DNA from: Bacillota bacterium | GTDB lineage: Bacteria; Bacillota; Clostridia; Acetivibrionales; DSM-1351 | Reading direction: 5' to 3' | Length of the DNA stretch: 64,000 nucleotides | Assembly (NCBI GenBank): GCA_023409265.1 | Contig: JAEYHZ010000015.1 | Coordinates: forward strand, 30,837 to 94,836 | Shown: piece by piece, positions 60,735 through 64,000 of the stretch | How positions within the stretch are numbered: the first letter of the stretch is position 1 | Layout of the letters: every line of letters starts with the position of its first letter | Made by a program: the position numbers and the translations under genes | The notes under the pieces: model-generated | Databases searched by the model: none | Told to the model about the DNA's origin: nothing | What the model saw: the letters and a program-made list of their open reading frames with translations, nothing else

Positions 60735-60922
60735 AACATTCTTCAATCATCGAGGGAATATTATGAACAAGTTATCAAACACTTGATTGATAATGGGCAA
60801 AAGGCATAATTCTCGGCTGTACTGAAATTGGTTTGTTGGTAAAACCTGAGGATTCGGATGTGCCAACCTTTGATACAACTGTAATACACGCTGTTGAATC
60901 AGTTAACTGGGCTTTAGAATAG
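60735..60922 (+). pseudogene. 3' remnant of an aspartate/glutamate racemase gene, frameshifted
   Basis: NILQSSREYYEQVIKHLIDNG, then a frameshift near 60798, then KGIILGCTEIGLLVKPEDSDVPTFDTTVIHAVESVNWALE stop; 5' part missing. Confidence 0.85.
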
Positions 60923-61030
60923 AATGAAAGCATAGGTCGGTTGTAAGTAAATTTTGGTAGTAATCAATTGAAGATTACTACTTTTTAATTTATTACTAAT
61001 ATATAACGATAATGTTAAATGTTAAAAAAA

Positions 61031-61081
61031 AGAACAAATGTTCGAAAGTGTATTGTAATATGAATTATTCTGGTATATAAT
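61031..61081 (+). promoter_or_regulatory. LexA (SOS) box plus sigma-A promoter
   Basis: AGAAC-AAAT-GTTCG at 61031-61044; TTGTAA-17 bp-TATAAT at 61053-61081. Confidence 0.78.
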
Positions 61082-61127
61082 GGATGAAGCTGGTGAATAT
61101 GATTAAGGTTAGGAGCATACCCAAAAT

Positions 61128-61769
61128 ATGAAACTTCGGAAGATTAAAAATAGAGGTGTTTTATTTACATATGATTTTTTTGGTTGGGATTTAAATATAT
61201 ATCTTATAATGGGAAATAAATACAACTTCCTCATTGACTCAGGCTTGGGATCCTTATGTATTGAGCCTGTTACGGATTATATCAAGAATCAGTCCAAACC
61301 TTTATTTGTTATCAATACTCATTATCACTGGGATCATATTTGGGGAAACAGTTCTTTAAAAACTTGTTCAATAATTTCCCATAAACTTTGCAGAGATATT
61401 ATTGAACAGCAATGGGAAGTTATGATGAAGAAAAATAGTCAGTTCTGCTGTGGCAATGTTGAAATTTGCTTACCAAACATGGTTTTTGAAAGTGAAATTT
61501 ACTTTCCTGAGGAACAAATCAGAATTTTTCATACTCCAGGGCATACAATTGACGGCATCAGTGTTCTGGATGAACAGGATAAGATATTGCACGCAGGTGA
61601 CAATATTGGTGATACTCTTGATGAAATCGTCCCCAATTTAAATTGTGAACGTGATACTTATATTAATACTTTGATGAAATATAAAGAGTATGATTTTGAG
61701 TTATGTCTTTCAGGACATAATGGTATTTTGCAAAAGGATGTGCTGGACGTAATATTATCAAAGATTTAA
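61128..61769 (+). CDS. Metallo-beta-lactamase-fold hydrolase
   Basis: THYHWDH, PGHT, AGD, SGH. Confidence 0.9.
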   Translation: MKLRKIKNRGVLFTYDFFGWDLNIYLIMGNKYNFLIDSGLGSLCIEPVTDYIKNQSKPLFVINTHYHWDHIWGNSSLKTCSIISHKLCRDIIEQQWEVMMKKNSQFCCGNVEICLPNMVFESEIYFPEEQIRIFHTPGHTIDGISVLDEQDKILHAGDNIGDTLDEIVPNLNCERDTYINTLMKYKEYDFELCLSGHNGILQKDVLDVILSKI

Positions 61770-61792
61770 AAAGCTACTGTATAGGAGTTTTT

Positions 61793-61864
61793 ATGGAAAT
61801 CGTTAAAATTACACCTGAAATGGCACAATATGTTGATGAGTATTATATGGCTAAATTAATATAA
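61793..61864 (+). pseudogene. 23-aa ORF, probably an internally deleted GNAT gene (MEIVKITPEMAQ joined to YVDEYYMAKLI)
   Basis: AGGAG RBS; first half resembles a GNAT N-terminus, second half a GNAT C-terminal DEYYM motif. Confidence 0.5.
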
Positions 61865-62006
61865 TAAGGGCAGGTATTCGTCTATGGACACTGACCCTCA
61901 GATACTGAAAGGTGAGTAGCACTCCTTAAGTCATTAAATTATAAGTAATAACTATTATCAGTTTAAAATATAATTTGAAATATATATAAGGCAGGAGGGG
62001 AGTTTT

Positions 62007-62711
62007 ATGAAAGTAGGAATAGTTGGCGGAATAGGTCCGGAATCCACTGTTGAGTACTACAAGAGTATTATAACCGGGTATCAGAGAAGAATGCGTGATG
62101 ATAACTATCCGGAAATAGTAATTGACAGCATTAATATGAAAGAAATGCTGTCATACGTGGCTAAAAGAGACTGGGAGTCATTAGTTCAAATGCTGATGAA
62201 ATCTATAAACTCCCTGACTCAGGTTGGAGCAGATTTTGCGGTAATAGCTTCAAATACACCTCATGTCGTTTTTGACAGAGTTAGGCAAATAGCTAAAATA
62301 CCTTTACTAAGCATCGTGGAAGAAACTTGTAAGAAAGCAGAAACTATTAATTGTAAAAGATTGGGATTATTGGGTACAGGCTTTACCATGAGAGAGAACT
62401 TTTATCATGATACATTTTTAGCTCATAACATGGAAATTGTTTTACCAAATATTGATGAGCAGCAGTACATTCATCAAAAATTATTCAGCGAGATTGAACT
62501 GGGTATTGTCAAGAAAGAGACTAAGTATGGTTTGCTTTCAATAATAGACAGGATGGTTGAAGAGGAATTTATAGACAGCTTGATCCTGGGATGCACCGAA
62601 TTGCCCTTGATACTGATGGAGGGGGATAGCAGCATTCCATATTTTAATACAGCTGAAATCCATATAAACAGTATTATTGACAGAATTACATCCTCAAACA
62701 CATTAAAATAA
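62007..62711 (+). CDS. Aspartate/glutamate racemase family protein (RacX/YgeA-like)
   Basis: GIVGGIGPEST..YY, IASNTPH, LGT.FTM, ILGCTELP. Confidence 0.9.
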   Translation: MKVGIVGGIGPESTVEYYKSIITGYQRRMRDDNYPEIVIDSINMKEMLSYVAKRDWESLVQMLMKSINSLTQVGADFAVIASNTPHVVFDRVRQIAKIPLLSIVEETCKKAETINCKRLGLLGTGFTMRENFYHDTFLAHNMEIVLPNIDEQQYIHQKLFSEIELGIVKKETKYGLLSIIDRMVEEEFIDSLILGCTELPLILMEGDSSIPYFNTAEIHINSIIDRITSSNTLK

Positions 62712-62739
62712 ATTACAAAAAGGTAAAGCAGGTGAAAAA

Positions 62740-63444
62740 ATGTTTAGCGTAACCGAAAAATGGAATCCCAAACAGGCACAGTTAAAAGAAATAATATTAA
62801 AACCTGATAAATTTGAACAGGCCATCAAGCTATGCCTTGAAATGCATTGTCTTATACATACTTCAGAAATGTCAGGCTCGGCTCTCGCTACCTATGAGGA
62901 TCTCATATGGGACGGGCTGACCCCGGAGGTATTTAGGACCCAATTAAAGAACTCCGGTTCAACAATAGCATGGAATTTGTGGCATCTTACCAGGATAGAA
63001 GATTTGACAGCCAATCTTCTGATTGCCGAAGAAGATCAATGTATTAACAACAATTGGCTTGAAAAAATAAATGTCTCAATTTGTGATACGGGTAATGCCA
63101 TGACTGCTCAGGAAATTGCTTCTTTCAGTTCTCAGATAAGTATGTTTGAACTTAGAAAATACAGAATTGAGGTTGGCAGAAAAACTCAAAGTATTCTCAA
63201 TAGTCTGAAACCAGATCAGATGAAGCGGAAAATCAGACCTGTTGCAGTAGCTCGGGTCCGGCAGGAAGGCGGTGTTACAGACGCAGAAGAGTCCAGGTGG
63301 CTGTTGGATTTCTGGGGTAAAAAGACTGTTGCAGGGATATTGCTTATGCCAATAACCCGCCATCAGATAGTACATATAAATGATTCACTGAAAATAAAGA
63401 AAAGCCTGGAAAAAAAATTGGTGACAAAGATGAAAAAGTTATAG
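62740..63444 (+). CDS. DinB-superfamily protein
   Basis: TIAWNLWHLTRIED and RHQIVH His pattern. Confidence 0.7.
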   Translation: MFSVTEKWNPKQAQLKEIILKPDKFEQAIKLCLEMHCLIHTSEMSGSALATYEDLIWDGLTPEVFRTQLKNSGSTIAWNLWHLTRIEDLTANLLIAEEDQCINNNWLEKINVSICDTGNAMTAQEIASFSSQISMFELRKYRIEVGRKTQSILNSLKPDQMKRKIRPVAVARVRQEGGVTDAEESRWLLDFWGKKTVAGILLMPITRHQIVHINDSLKIKKSLEKKLVTKMKKL

Positions 63445-63488
63445 GGGCGGTTTCTAATTTATTGTGTGAGAAATATCAGGAGAGTAGT

Positions 63489-63863
63489 ATGAGAATATAT
63501 AAAATCATAGCCTATTATTGCATTATTGTCGGTATATCCATGGTATGTATGTGGAGCTTATTACTGGCAACGGACCAGGTTCCCGAAATTGGAACAAAGA
63601 ATATAAGTATAGCTTTTCATTTATTTTCAGAGTTTGCCACATCAATTTTATTAATTATTAGTGGTTTTGGGATAATTAAGAAGACAAAATGGTCAGATAA
63701 ACTGTTTCTGGTTGCCATAGGAGCACTAATATACTCTATGCTTAATGCGGTAGGCCTTTACGGGCAGCTCGGTGAAATTCCAATGTTTGTGATGTTCCTT
63801 ATTTTTCTGGTATTAGCATTTGTTTTCACCGTTATTTATTTAAGAAAAAGGGATGTTAGATAA
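63489..63863 (+). CDS. Hypothetical four-TM membrane protein
   Basis: ATG 63489 behind CAGGAG; four hydrophobic segments; FHLFSE. Confidence 0.7.
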   Translation: MRIYKIIAYYCIIVGISMVCMWSLLLATDQVPEIGTKNISIAFHLFSEFATSILLIISGFGIIKKTKWSDKLFLVAIGALIYSMLNAVGLYGQLGEIPMFVMFLIFLVLAFVFTVIYLRKRDVR

Positions 63864-64000
63864 AGTGATATAAATTTACGGTATTGTCGTTAGTATGGTT
63901 ATATTATGAACAACAACAAAAAGTATTAAGTGTAAATAACCTTTGTAAAACATATATCGTAAACAAAAGACAGAACAATGTCCTTAAAAATATCAATTTT

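Noticed and set aside
61128..61769. True metallo-beta-lactamase
   Set aside because: No signal peptide and only the generic HxHxDH fold motifs; substrate cannot be assigned.

Overview
AT-rich chromosomal DNA from a spore-forming clostridial Firmicute. The gene content suggests a Ruminiclostridium-like organism, but that is inference. In order, the window holds: the end of a dcw cluster (mraY 3' end, ftsW/spoVE, murG); PyrR-attenuated uraA; a glycolipid glycosyltransferase; dacB; a B12-binding radical SAM gene; prkA-yhbH-spoVR; CIRCE-preceded htpG; an acyl-CoA synthetase with an XRE-cupin regulator; an MCP; an ABC exporter module; an HD-GYP gene; a LysR gene divergent from purL; a 10-gene Tad/Flp pilus locus; two phospholipases; IclR-kduI-kduD; and an array of small co-oriented detoxification-type genes with two LexA-box promoters and two gene remnants. 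The main finding is that one TadE-type pseudopilin carries a C-terminal domain resembling the CdiA-CT EC869-type toxin DNase. Two of its four expected catalytic residues appear substituted and no immunity gene follows, so it may be a toxin domain reused as a pilus-tip DNA-binding or adhesion module. Intergenic spaces also carry several long palindromic (MITE-like or structured-RNA) elements, three of them around the Tad ATPase gene. No rRNA, tRNA, CRISPR array, integrase or transposase was recognised. All family calls come from reading motifs by eye, with no database searches.
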